From contig CALFLL010000020.1 of the NCBI GenBank assembly GCA_937880845.1, forward strand, positions 24,350 to 88,349: a stretch of DNA of 64,000 nucleotides, written 5' to 3'. The position numbers and the translations under genes were made by a program. A model generated the notes under the pieces. That model saw only the letters and a program-made list of their open reading frames with translations, searched no databases and was not told where the DNA came from. Shown here piece after piece: positions 1 through 8,861 of this stretch; within the stretch, counting starts at the first letter, position 1; each line of letters begins with the position of its first letter. This stretch comes from an uncultured Drancourtella sp. GTDB lineage: Bacteria > Bacillota > Clostridia > Lachnospirales > Lachnospiraceae.

Positions 1-1634
1 ATTTTATTCGTACAACAGATGATTACCATGAAGAACAGGTTCAGAAGATTTTCAAAAAGTTGTATGAAAAGGGCGATATTTACAAAGGATATTATGAGGG
101 AATGTACTGTACACCATGTGAATCTTTCTTTACAGAATCACAGTTGGTAGACGGAAAGTGTCCGGACTGTGGACGTCCTTGTACACCGGCAAAGGAAGAA
201 GCATATTTCTTTAAAATGAGTAAATATGCAGATCGTCTGATTCAGCATATTAATGAACACCCGGAATTTATCCAGCCGGTTGCCCGTAAAAACGAAATGA
301 TGAACAACTTCCTTCTCCCGGGACTTCAGGATCTTTGTGTATCCAGAACTTCTTTTAAATGGGGAATCCCGGTAGATTTTGACCCGAAACATGTTGTTTA
401 TGTATGGCTTGATGCCCTTACAAACTACATTACGGGAATCGGTTACGATGCAGACGGAAACAGTTCAGAATTATTCAATAAAAACTGGCCGGCAGATTTA
501 CATCTGATCGGAAAAGACATCATTCGTTTCCATACGATTTATTGGCCGATTTTCCTTATGGCACTGGATCTTCCGCTCCCGAAACAGGTATTTGGTCATC
601 CGTGGCTTCTCCAGGGAGACGGGAAGATGAGTAAATCTAAAGGAAATGTAATCTATGCAGATGAGCTGGTAAATATGTTTGGTGTAGATGCAGTCCGCTA
701 TTTTGTTCTCCATGAAATGCCGTTTGAAAACGATGGTGTCATCACATGGGAACTGATGGTAGAAAGAATGAATTCAGAACTTGCCAATACACTTGGAAAT
801 CTTGTAAACCGCACGGTTTCCATGACAAACAAATACTTTGGTGGAACAGTGACAGATAAAGGTGTGACAGAAGAAGTAGATGAGGATTTGAAGAAGATCA
901 CAGCAGAAACAGAAGGAAAAGTAGACGAAAAAATGGATAAACTTCGTGTCGCAGATGCCATTACAGAAATCTTTAATCTGTTTAAACGCTGTAATAAATA
1001 TATTGATGAAACAATGCCGTGGGCTCTTGCAAAAGAAGAAGACAAAAAAGACCGTCTGGAAACAGTCCTTTATAATCTGATCTCCAGCATTTCACAGGGA
1101 GCAAGACTTCTTGCACCGTATATGCCGGAAACATCAGAAAAAATCCTTGCTCAGCTTGGAGGCGGACATGTAACAGAAAATCCGGAAATCCTTTTTGCAA
1201 GACGTGATTTAAAAGACGTGATGGAAGAAGTAGAAAAATTACATCCATCCAAACCGGAACAGAAAGAAGAAAAAGAAGAAGGACCGGTTATTGACATTGA
1301 AGCAAAACCGGAGATCACATTTGATGATTTTGGAAAAATGCAGTTCCAAGTAGGTGAGATCATCAAATGTGAAGAGGTACCGAAGTCCAAAAAACTTCTC
1401 TGCTCTCAGGTTAAAATCGGAAGCCAGGTAAAACAGATCGTATCCGGAATCAAGAAATGGTATTCTCCGGAAGAAATGGTCGGAAAGAAAGTTATGGTTC
1501 TCGTAAACCTGAAACCGGCAAAACTGGCGGGAGTCCTCTCAGAGGGAATGATTCTCTGTGCAGAAGATGAAAAAGGAAATGTAGTGCTGATGCAACCGGA
1601 AAAAGACGTTCCGGCAGGAGCAGAAATTTGCTAA
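1..1634 (+). CDS. metG: methionine--tRNA ligase, 5'-truncated by the window edge
   Basis: The frame is open from nt 3 (FIRTTDDYHEEQVQKIFKKLYEKGDIY...), so the ORF-track TTG at 60 is internal. Zn knuckle CTPCESFF...CPDCG, KMSKS loop (GKMSKSKGN), and a C-terminal Trbp111/EMAP-like tRNA-binding domain (FQVGEIIKCEEVPKSKKLL...LSEGMILCAED). Confidence 0.95.
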   Translation, partial: FIRTTDDYHEEQVQKIFKKLYEKGDIYKGYYEGMYCTPCESFFTESQLVDGKCPDCGRPCTPAKEEAYFFKMSKYADRLIQHINEHPEFIQPVARKNEMMNNFLLPGLQDLCVSRTSFKWGIPVDFDPKHVVYVWLDALTNYITGIGYDADGNSSELFNKNWPADLHLIGKDIIRFHTIYWPIFLMALDLPLPKQVFGHPWLLQGDGKMSKSKGNVIYADELVNMFGVDAVRYFVLHEMPFENDGVITWELMVERMNSELANTLGNLVNRTVSMTNKYFGGTVTDKGVTEEVDEDLKKITAETEGKVDEKMDKLRVADAITEIFNLFKRCNKYIDETMPWALAKEEDKKDRLETVLYNLISSISQGARLLAPYMPETSEKILAQLGGGHVTENPEILFARRDLKDVMEEVEKLHPSKPEQKEEKEEGPVIDIEAKPEITFDDFGKMQFQVGEIIKCEEVPKSKKLLCSQVKIGSQVKQIVSGIKKWYSPEEMVGKKVMVLVNLKPAKLAGVLSEGMILCAEDEKGNVVLMQPEKDVPAGAEIC

Positions 1635-1650
1635 TATAAATAAAAGAAAA

Positions 1651-1686
1651 AATCTCTATTCGAGTGATCGGATAGAGATTTTTTTG
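1651..1686 (+). terminator. intrinsic terminator after metG
   Basis: 9-bp stem AATCTCTAT/ATAGAGATT with a 12-nt loop, followed by TTTTTG. Confidence 0.8.
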
Positions 1687-1738
1687 TTGTACAAAATTTT
1701 TTATAAATTCTATAAATAATGTTATTAAAAAAAACAAT

Positions 1739-1767
1739 TTGTCCATTTTTTATAATAAGAATATAAT
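1739..1767 (+). promoter_or_regulatory. sigma-A-type promoter for the symporter/thiol-redox operon
   Basis: TTGTCC, a 17-nt spacer, then TATAAT (1762-1767), about 60 nt upstream of ATG 1827. Confidence 0.5.
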
Positions 1768-1826
1768 ACTAAAAGTGTTGTGAAAACAATATAAAAAAGA
1801 ATACTAAGGAAAGAGAGGTTAAAAAA

Positions 1827-3197
1827 ATGGATGCACTTCTGAGTGTAAATTGGATTGCATTACTGGTACTTATTATTGCATTACTGATGTTTAAAACTTT
1901 GAACTGGATTGCATACAGGGTAAACTGGACATTGGTAATTTTAATCAGTATGGTCATGGGAGCAATTTTAGGTATTGTATTTGCATCAGAAAATAATTCC
2001 TATCTAACATGGCTGGATTTGATAGGAAGTATTTATGTCAATGTGATTACGGCCTTAGTGGCACCGGTTGTTTTGATTTCGGTTATTTCCGGTTTTATTT
2101 CTTTAAATGATAAAGAAAAAATGAAGAAAATAGGAGTAAAATCCGTGTTTTGGCTGATGGTTTCATCTGCGATAGCTATTGTGGTCAGCCTGTGTTTTGG
2201 AATGGTAACTCATATAGGAAATAATGCAGGAGCGGTATTTTCTGAAATTGGAAATGTGGCGGACAATACATTGGATGCATATAAAGAGATGAACACGACA
2301 TTTGATCAGATTTTATTGAATTTATTTCCTAAAAACGTTTTTGAGGATCTTGCATCTAACAATGTAGTTGCGATCATCATTATTGCGGTTGCAGTTGCGG
2401 TTGCTTATGTTAGCGTAGCATCAGAAGAAGGAGAAGAAAAAGTAAGATCTTTCAAATCTTTGATTGAGGCAATTAAAAAAATTATTTTCACGATTTTGGC
2501 TTATATTATTGATTTAACGCCATATGCAGTACTTTGTCTTGTAGCCGGTTCTGCAAGTCAGTTATTCAGTGATAAGGATGCATTAATCCAGCTGATTCTC
2601 CTTGTTGCATTGATCTATATTGTATGTCTGTTCCATACATATGGAATCAATGCAATCTTGCTGAAAGCATATGCGAAAATCAGTCCGCTTAAATTTTTTA
2701 AAAAAACATTTGATGCACAGGCGACAGCATTTACCACACAAAGTAGTGTGGGCTCCTTACCGATTACAATCGGAAGACTCACAAAAAAGGTAGGTGTGGA
2801 TGAAGAAGTAGCAAACTTTACAGCACCGCTTGGTACAACCATCGGTATGCCGGGATGTACTTGCATATGGACAATTTTACTTGCGCTATTTTATGTAAAT
2901 GCCATGGGAATACATTGGGGGATCAGTGACTATCTTGTTCTGTCTTTTATGGCATTGGTATTATCTATGGGAAGCGCAGGTGTGCCGGGGATCGGTGTTG
3001 TAACGGCCGTATCCTTATTTAGTGCGGTAAATCTTCCGGTTGCGGCAGTTGTACTTTTAATACCGATTAATAACATTACAGATATGGTACGGACACTTAC
3101 AAACGTAATGACTGCAAATGTTACGGCAGCCATTGTTGCGAGAAAAACAGATCTTTTAGATGATAAGATTTTTAATACAGAGGAGGAACATGTATGA
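1827..3197 (+). CDS. dicarboxylate/amino acid:cation symporter (DAACS family), TcyP-like
   Basis: 456-aa polytopic membrane protein with SDF-family signatures (TTQSSVGSLPIT, GMPGCTCIW, SAGVPGIGVV). The extra N-terminal helix and the length resemble TcyP-type L-cystine symporters. The substrate assignment is inference only. Confidence 0.8.
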   Translation: MDALLSVNWIALLVLIIALLMFKTLNWIAYRVNWTLVILISMVMGAILGIVFASENNSYLTWLDLIGSIYVNVITALVAPVVLISVISGFISLNDKEKMKKIGVKSVFWLMVSSAIAIVVSLCFGMVTHIGNNAGAVFSEIGNVADNTLDAYKEMNTTFDQILLNLFPKNVFEDLASNNVVAIIIIAVAVAVAYVSVASEEGEEKVRSFKSLIEAIKKIIFTILAYIIDLTPYAVLCLVAGSASQLFSDKDALIQLILLVALIYIVCLFHTYGINAILLKAYAKISPLKFFKKTFDAQATAFTTQSSVGSLPITIGRLTKKVGVDEEVANFTAPLGTTIGMPGCTCIWTILLALFYVNAMGIHWGISDYLVLSFMALVLSMGSAGVPGIGVVTAVSLFSAVNLPVAAVVLLIPINNITDMVRTLTNVMTANVTAAIVARKTDLLDDKIFNTEEEHV

Positions 3198-3688
3198 AAA
3201 AGTCAACAATTATTTTAATTGGTGCGGCATTGCTTTGCTTGGTTCTTTCTGTATTTTCCGCAAAAAGTTCGGTGACAAGAACAATAGATGCTATTTCGGA
3301 TATCGGAAAAGTGGTTTACACAGAGGAATGCAAAGAAAAAATAGACCTTGCGGTTTCATATTATAACAAATTGGATCCTAACTTACATTTAAAAGAAAAG
3401 ATTACAAACAATGATGAATTTGAAAACGATAAAATAGAATATGCACGTCTGGCTATTAAAGCGGCAAAAGTAGCCGATGCCAGAAAAGTAGCAGAAGGTT
3501 ATTCTTCGGCAGATGTAAAAAAATATGTGACAGATGCCAGAAAAGTTCTGGAAGAATACCTGACAGAAAAGCAATATAGTCTTGTAGAAAATTATGTCGA
3601 TCTAACAGCGTTGGAAGCGGAATATTCATCCGATGGAGGAACAGGAAATGCCTCAGATGGTGAAGAGGTATCTATTCCGATGTGCTAA
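3194..3688 (+). CDS. signal-anchored/secreted hypothetical protein
   Basis: ATGA overlap with the symporter stop. N-terminal hydrophobic segment IILIGAALLCLVLSVFSA, then a charged helical region. The protein ends in ...SIPMC. No family recognised. Confidence 0.6.
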   Translation: MKKSTIILIGAALLCLVLSVFSAKSSVTRTIDAISDIGKVVYTEECKEKIDLAVSYYNKLDPNLHLKEKITNNDEFENDKIEYARLAIKAAKVADARKVAEGYSSADVKKYVTDARKVLEEYLTEKQYSLVENYVDLTALEAEYSSDGGTGNASDGEEVSIPMC

Positions 3689-3707
3689 CATGATAGAAAG
3701 GAGATCA

Positions 3708-5237
3708 ATGATGAAGAAAAAAATTCTTTCCGTAGTTCTCGTTTGTATGATGACAGTTGGATTGATGACCGGCTGCGGAAGCAGTAATACAGACAAAGAG
3801 AATCACAAAGAATCGGAAAAAGAAACATTCGGGAATGTAAAGGCCCAGCTTTCTTCTTTGGACTATGATTTTGAAAAGGAATATACCTATGGCGATTTTA
3901 ATGCACATTCTAATAGTGATAAAGAACGCCAGGATGGTATAGATACATTTAAGGAAAAAAAGGATATTGTATATCAGGATATTACATACGATCAATTAAT
4001 ATACTTGTTGCAGCAGGAAGGAAATTATATGATTCAGTTGACCGGTTCCTGGTGTCACAACAGCCGGGCAATGAGTCCTTCTGTGAATAAATACGCAAAA
4101 GAATATGGAGTTGATACCATTTATACATACGACTTTAATGTAAATAATGCAGAAGATGGCTCCCTGTTTGTGCGGATGACAAACGGAACAGATACAGCGG
4201 GAGCAAAGTATAATTATATGTATGGGGAGATGGTTACCAGATATTTGACAAATCTTAATGATTGGGTTGCCTACCCAAGCGACTCGGAATCGGCACTTTC
4301 CTATACAAATGCACAGGGAAAAGAAGTAACGGTTCCAAAATTACAGCAACCTTTTTTGTTCTTATATAATAAAGACAATAAGCTAGACAACAGCGGATCC
4401 GGTAACGGAAGTAAATCTTGTCCGATCGTGTATGCATTTGAAGAAATGGTAGAACGGGATTCCAAAGGAATCTATGTGAAAGAGAAAGATAAGGACGGAA
4501 ATGAAGTCGTCGACAAAAAAGGAAATCCTGTAAGGAAATATATCACGGATGAGTATAATAAAAGGTTAAAAAGCATTTTTGACTATATAAAAGAACATAA
4601 CATCCATGTTTCTCAATATCCAAAAGAAGAGTATGTAAGAGATGCTTTTAACAGCTATGGGAAAAAAATCTTTAATGAACAAGAGCAGATTAATCTTTAT
4701 CCGGTTACATATCGTGAACTGGAATGGCTGATGGGAGAGGACGGAAATTCTCTTATATTGATTGGCGGACCTGAAAATGAGGGAACAAGAGCGATTGCAT
4801 CTGTTTTAAATCAATATGCCGTACAGAACAATCTGAGAATTTACCTGTGTGATACAGAGATTGATGGAGGATATACAACAGATAAATGGGGATACACTCA
4901 ATCCACGAATATTCTTGATCCGGAATCTCCTCTTATTGATATGTATACAGATTTGTTGGATAAATATCTTACCAATCTTGAAGCTTCCCATTCGATGGAG
5001 GAAGGGGAACCTTTGATACAGACCCCGTATTTTATGGCATATAATAAAGATCATGAAGACGAAGACGGATTTATTGCACCTATTTCGGCGTACTGTGAAC
5101 TTCCGTATACATTAAATTCCGAAATGAGATATTATATTGGCAAAGAAAAAAATATGACTTCCTGTAAGAAAAATATTGTAACCGTATTAAATAGTTACGG
5201 CGAAAATACAGGGGTGCAAATAAAAGACATTCCATAA
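3708..5237 (+). CDS. lipoprotein with two thioredoxin-fold-like halves (CxxS in the first)
   Basis: The ORF-track start (3633) is trimmed to in-frame ATG 3708, preceded by AGGAG. Lipobox in MMKKKILSVVLVCMMTVGLMTG|C. The first half has LTGSWCHNS where Trx-fold proteins carry WCxxC. The second half has GGPENEGT at the equivalent position. Confidence 0.6.
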   Translation: MMKKKILSVVLVCMMTVGLMTGCGSSNTDKENHKESEKETFGNVKAQLSSLDYDFEKEYTYGDFNAHSNSDKERQDGIDTFKEKKDIVYQDITYDQLIYLLQQEGNYMIQLTGSWCHNSRAMSPSVNKYAKEYGVDTIYTYDFNVNNAEDGSLFVRMTNGTDTAGAKYNYMYGEMVTRYLTNLNDWVAYPSDSESALSYTNAQGKEVTVPKLQQPFLFLYNKDNKLDNSGSGNGSKSCPIVYAFEEMVERDSKGIYVKEKDKDGNEVVDKKGNPVRKYITDEYNKRLKSIFDYIKEHNIHVSQYPKEEYVRDAFNSYGKKIFNEQEQINLYPVTYRELEWLMGEDGNSLILIGGPENEGTRAIASVLNQYAVQNNLRIYLCDTEIDGGYTTDKWGYTQSTNILDPESPLIDMYTDLLDKYLTNLEASHSMEEGEPLIQTPYFMAYNKDHEDEDGFIAPISAYCELPYTLNSEMRYYIGKEKNMTSCKKNIVTVLNSYGENTGVQIKDIP

Positions 5238-5256
5238 CATTTAGGAAAAAGATAAA

Positions 5257-5772
5257 ATGAATCGAATGATTTTAAGCTTTATTATTGTTTTATGCCTGGG
5301 AATAAATGGGTGTGGAAAAAGTACAACGATATATCCGGAACTTTCTGAGGGAAGTAAAGCACCTGATTTTTCGGTAAGATTAAATAATAACACGATATTT
5401 ACGTTGTCGGAGAAAAAAGGAAAAGTAGTACTTTTGAATTTTTGGGCGACATGGTGTTCGGTATGTGTTGAAGAATTGTCCGTTTTGGAAAAACTTTATG
5501 AAAAATATCAAAATCAAGTTGAAATTATAGCTATTAACAGTGGAGAAGATAAAACAACGGTAAAATCTTTTTGTAAAGAAAAAGATTTTACCGTACCGAT
5601 AGGATATGATGAGAAAAACGAAATAGGAAAGAAATATCCATGTGATGGAATACCATATACTGTGATTATCGGAAAAAACGGTAAGGTTTGTGATGTGTTT
5701 ACAGGAGCAAAAGATGCAGAAAGTCAGTACAAGGAATATCGAAGAGCATTGAAAGAGGCGGTGGAACAGTGA
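5257..5772 (+). CDS. TlpA/ResA-family thiol-disulfide oxidoreductase lipoprotein
   Basis: Lipobox-like signal (LCLGING|C), active site LNFWATWCSVCVEE, and 171 aa is typical for AhpC-TSA/TlpA proteins. Confidence 0.85.
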   Translation: MNRMILSFIIVLCLGINGCGKSTTIYPELSEGSKAPDFSVRLNNNTIFTLSEKKGKVVLLNFWATWCSVCVEELSVLEKLYEKYQNQVEIIAINSGEDKTTVKSFCKEKDFTVPIGYDEKNEIGKKYPCDGIPYTVIIGKNGKVCDVFTGAKDAESQYKEYRRALKEAVEQ

Positions 5773-5912
5773 AAATAAGTTATAAATACATAAGAAAGGG
5801 AATTTTGATATCCGCTATTTTTATGTTGGTGATGGGAATCATCAGAAATGAGACAAGAGATGTTATAAACAAGTCGATACAAATTTGTTATGAGTGTATA
5901 GGTATAGGATAA
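5769..5912 (+). CDS. small membrane CXXC protein (CD1871A-family-like)
   Basis: Absent from the ORF track (<60 aa). GTG 5769 overlaps the TlpA-like stop (GTGA). TAA 5910-5912 overlaps the next ATG (TAATG). Translation is VKISYKYIRKGILISAIFMLVMGIIRNETRDVINKSIQICYECIGIG: one TM helix plus a C-terminal CxxCIGIG tail. The start codon is uncertain; the alternative ATG 5823 would cut the helix. Confidence 0.6.
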   Translation: MKISYKYIRKGILISAIFMLVMGIIRNETRDVINKSIQICYECIGIG

Positions 5913-6718
5913 TGAAAAAAAGAAAAATAATACAAAGTATCTGTACTGTTTTATATAATTGTTATCTTCCGGGATTTTTTAATGGACATATTTATAGAGG
6001 AAATTTTAAAGTAGGTTGTATTCCGGGGCTAAATTGCTATTCTTGTCCCGGAGCGGTTTCTTCTTGTCCGTTGGGAAGCCTTCAAGGAGCGTTAATATCT
6101 ATAAAATATAAATTTCCGTATTATGTATTGGGAATTCTGTTTTTATTTGGAGTTTTGTTTGGACGGATTGTATGTGGATTTCTTTGTCCGTTTGGACTGA
6201 TTCAGGAATTACTTTATAAAATCCCTTCGGTCAAAATAAAAAAAGGAAGATGGTCCACACTGCTTTCAAAAATAAAATATATGATTCTGCTTGTTTTTGT
6301 ACTCATATTTCCCGTTTTTTTTATGGCTCCTGGATTTTGTAAATATATTTGTCCGATCGGAACACTGGAAGCCGGTATCCCGCTTATTATAGTAAAAGAT
6401 GAACTGAAAGAACTGATCGGAGGATTGTTTGTATGGAAAGTAGTGGTTATGATCGTAATCTTAATGTCAGCCATAGTGATTTTTCGTAGCTTTTGTCGTT
6501 TCTTTTGTCCCTTAGGGGCATTTTATTCTTTTTTTCATAAAATTTCCTTTATAGGTATGGAGGTAAATGAAAAGAAATGTACGTCATGCAATGCCTGTGT
6601 GTCATACTGTAAAATGGATATTAAAAAGGTTGGAGATAAAGAATGTATTGGCTGTGGAGAATGTATGACTCAATGCCATGTATCGGCATTAAGATTTAGA
6701 AACGGCTTAAAAAAATAA
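5912..6718 (+). CDS. membrane 4Fe-4S polyferredoxin (NapH/MauN-like, COG0348-type)
   Basis: Start trimmed to ATG 5912 (MKKRKIIQ). Several TM helices with repeated CxxCP/CxxxCP motifs (CYSCPGAVSSCP, CGFLCPFG, CKYICPIG, CRFFCPLG). Two ferredoxin motifs at the C-terminus (CTSCNACVSYC, CIGCGECMTQC). Confidence 0.85.
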   Translation: MKKRKIIQSICTVLYNCYLPGFFNGHIYRGNFKVGCIPGLNCYSCPGAVSSCPLGSLQGALISIKYKFPYYVLGILFLFGVLFGRIVCGFLCPFGLIQELLYKIPSVKIKKGRWSTLLSKIKYMILLVFVLIFPVFFMAPGFCKYICPIGTLEAGIPLIIVKDELKELIGGLFVWKVVVMIVILMSAIVIFRSFCRFFCPLGAFYSFFHKISFIGMEVNEKKCTSCNACVSYCKMDIKKVGDKECIGCGECMTQCHVSALRFRNGLKK

Positions 6719-6720
6719 CA

Positions 6721-6752
6721 GGAGGGGCACAACAAAAATGTTGTGCCCCTCC
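6721..6752. terminator. bidirectional intrinsic terminator between convergent genes
   Basis: 13-bp GC-rich stem GGAGGGGCACAAC/GTTGTGCCCCTCC. There is an A-run upstream and a T-rich tract downstream, so it can serve both strands. Confidence 0.75.
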
Positions 6753-6759
6753 GATTTAT

Positions 6760-7053
6760 TTAGCTGAGTTCTACTTTTGAGGCTTCTTCTGGTTTGAATT
6801 CATTTTTCAAATCGTAAATGTTATGACCGGTAGATTCACTTAAAACACGTCCTTCTAAAGAATAGCAGCGGATAAAACGTTTTCCGTCTACGCTGGACCA
6901 ATGTTCTACGTCCCATGTCATGTATCCGTCTTCATCGGATTTCTTTTCTTTTAAATATAAGTCAACCTGACGTCCGCCCGGAGCCATCAGTTTGATCAGC
7001 TCATCAGTAGTAGCTGTGAGTTCTGTTTTGTTTACTTTATCATATACGTTCAT
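6760..7053 (-). CDS. hypothetical small acidic protein
   Basis: 97-aa ORF with a strong RBS (AGGAGGGG) upstream of the ATG and a terminator downstream. No family recognised. Confidence 0.55.
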   Translation of the reverse strand: MNVYDKVNKTELTATTDELIKLMAPGGRQVDLYLKEKKSDEDGYMTWDVEHWSSVDGKRFIRCYSLEGRVLSESTGHNIYDLKNEFKPEEASKVELS

Positions 7054-7080
7054 ATGATGCCCCTCCTATTGATATTCTAT

Positions 7081-7109
7081 TTGAATTATAGTATGTTTTA
7101 ACTTATAAT
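7081..7109 (+). promoter_or_regulatory. sigma-A-type promoter upstream of tatD
   Basis: TTGAAT, a 17-nt spacer, then TATAAT. Confidence 0.5.
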
Positions 7110-7144
7110 ACAACCATCTTGCGTAAATTAAGGAGAGGAACATC

Positions 7145-7906
7145 ATGATTTTTGATACACATGCACATTATAACGATGAACAATTTGACCCAGACAGGGA
7201 TGAATTGTTAAAAACAATGGAAAAAGCAGGGGTAGGAACGATCATGGAAATAGGAGCGTCCCTAAAGTCGAGCCGTCAGGCCGTTGCACTTTCAAAACAA
7301 TATCCTTTTGTATATGCGGCAGTGGGCGTACATCCGGATAATGTAGGAGAATTGAATGAAGAAACATTTCAGGACTTAACGGAAATGTGTGAAGAGCCAA
7401 AAGTGTGTGCGGTTGGTGAAATAGGTCTTGATTATTATTGGGATAAAGAAAGCAGAGAGATGCAGAAGTACTGGTTTATCCGTCAACTGGAACTGGCAAA
7501 GGAGAAAGAACTTCCTGTAAATATACACAGCAGGGATGCAGCCGAGGACACAATGGAAATTCTGAAGAATTATGCCGGAAAAATTACAGCAATCATCCAC
7601 TGTTATTCTTATTCAAAAGAGATTGCATTAGAATATGTAAAAATGGGATTTTATATTGGCGTGGGAGGAGTCGTTACTTTTAAAAACGGGAAAAAACTCA
7701 AAGAAACCGTAAGAGCAATTCCGTTAGACAGGATTGTTCTTGAAACAGACTGTCCTTATATGTCTCCGGAGCCGAACAGGGGAAAGAGAAACGACTCAAG
7801 GAATATTCACTATGTAGCGGAAGAAATTGCACGTATAAAAGAAGTGACAAAAGAGGAAGTAATAAAACAGACTGAAAATAATGCAAAATTAATATATTTT
7901 TCATAA
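7145..7906 (+). CDS. tatD: TatD-family metal-dependent hydrolase/DNase
   Basis: MIFDTHAHYNDEQF start, internal EIGLDYY, 253 aa. Synteny with rsmA matches the yabD-ksgA arrangement in Firmicutes. Confidence 0.9.
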   Translation: MIFDTHAHYNDEQFDPDRDELLKTMEKAGVGTIMEIGASLKSSRQAVALSKQYPFVYAAVGVHPDNVGELNEETFQDLTEMCEEPKVCAVGEIGLDYYWDKESREMQKYWFIRQLELAKEKELPVNIHSRDAAEDTMEILKNYAGKITAIIHCYSYSKEIALEYVKMGFYIGVGGVVTFKNGKKLKETVRAIPLDRIVLETDCPYMSPEPNRGKRNDSRNIHYVAEEIARIKEVTKEEVIKQTENNAKLIYFS

Positions 7907-7973
7907 TATTTTAACCAAGTGAAGCAATGAAGATGATATAATGAAAAAAGCAGATAAAAGAGAGGAAAGACAT

Positions 7974-8846
7974 ATGACAGAACCGTTTTTGGGGAATCCG
8001 CAGAATACCATTGAAATTTTAAAAAAATATAACTTTAATTTTCAAAAAAAGTTTGGACAAAATTTTTTGATCGATACACATGTTTTGGATAAGATTATCC
8101 GTGCAGCCGAAATTACAAAAGAAGATTTTGTACTTGAAATCGGACCGGGGATCGGAACCATGACGCAGTATTTGGCTCAGGCGGCAAGAGAGGTTGTTGC
8201 TGTTGAAATCGATAAAATGCTGATTCCTATTTTAAAGGATACACTTTCTGAATTTCCGAATGCATCTGTTATCAATGATGATATTTTGAAAGTGGATATT
8301 GTGAAACTTGCACGGGAAAAAAATAACGGAAAACCGATAAAGGTGGTTGCAAACCTTCCGTATTATATTACAACACCGATCATCATGGGACTTTTTGAAA
8401 GCCGTGTACCGCTTGAGAGTATTACGGTTATGGTTCAAAAAGAAGTGGCAGGAAGAATGCAGGCAAAGCCGGGGACAAAGGAATACGGAGCCCTATCCCT
8501 TGCGGTACAATACTATGCAGAACCGTATATTGTGGCAAACGTTCCGCCAAACTGTTTTATGCCAAGACCGAATGTGGGTTCTGCGGTCATTCGCCTGACA
8601 AGACATGATACATATCCGGTACAAGTGACGGATGAGAAACTTATGTTTAAACTCATCCGGGCATCTTTCAATCAGAGAAGAAAGACGTTGGCAAACAGCC
8701 TTAACAATTCTCCGGAAATTTCCCTTTCAAAAGAACAGATTGCAGAAGCGATTGAAATATTAGGAAGAGGTGCAAGTATCAGAGGAGAGGCTCTTTCCTT
8801 GGAGGAATTTGCAAAACTTAGTAATATCATCGAAACGATGATCTAG
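7974..8846 (+). CDS. rsmA: 16S rRNA (adenine1518/1519-N6)-dimethyltransferase
   Basis: KKFGQNFLID and EIGPGIGTMT SAM motifs. Start moved to ATG 7974 (RBS GAGAGGAAA) because ATG 7941 lacks an RBS and sits inside a TGATATAAT -10-like element. Confidence 0.9.
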   Translation: MTEPFLGNPQNTIEILKKYNFNFQKKFGQNFLIDTHVLDKIIRAAEITKEDFVLEIGPGIGTMTQYLAQAAREVVAVEIDKMLIPILKDTLSEFPNASVINDDILKVDIVKLAREKNNGKPIKVVANLPYYITTPIIMGLFESRVPLESITVMVQKEVAGRMQAKPGTKEYGALSLAVQYYAEPYIVANVPPNCFMPRPNVGSAVIRLTRHDTYPVQVTDEKLMFKLIRASFNQRRKTLANSLNNSPEISLSKEQIAEAIEILGRGASIRGEALSLEEFAKLSNIIETMI

Positions 8847-8861
8847 AGAGGAGAAAAGGCT

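Noticed and set aside
3633-3707. Upstream extensions of ORF-track starts. Examples are 3633 for the lipoprotein, 5894 for the polyferredoxin, 43744 for the SbcD-like gene, 51396 for glgC, 56684 for cca, 55028 for the rluA-like gene and 61477 for yabO.
   Set aside because: In each case an internal start with a good RBS gives the canonical N-terminus (lipobox, family start motif). The extension also overlaps the preceding gene or a terminator.
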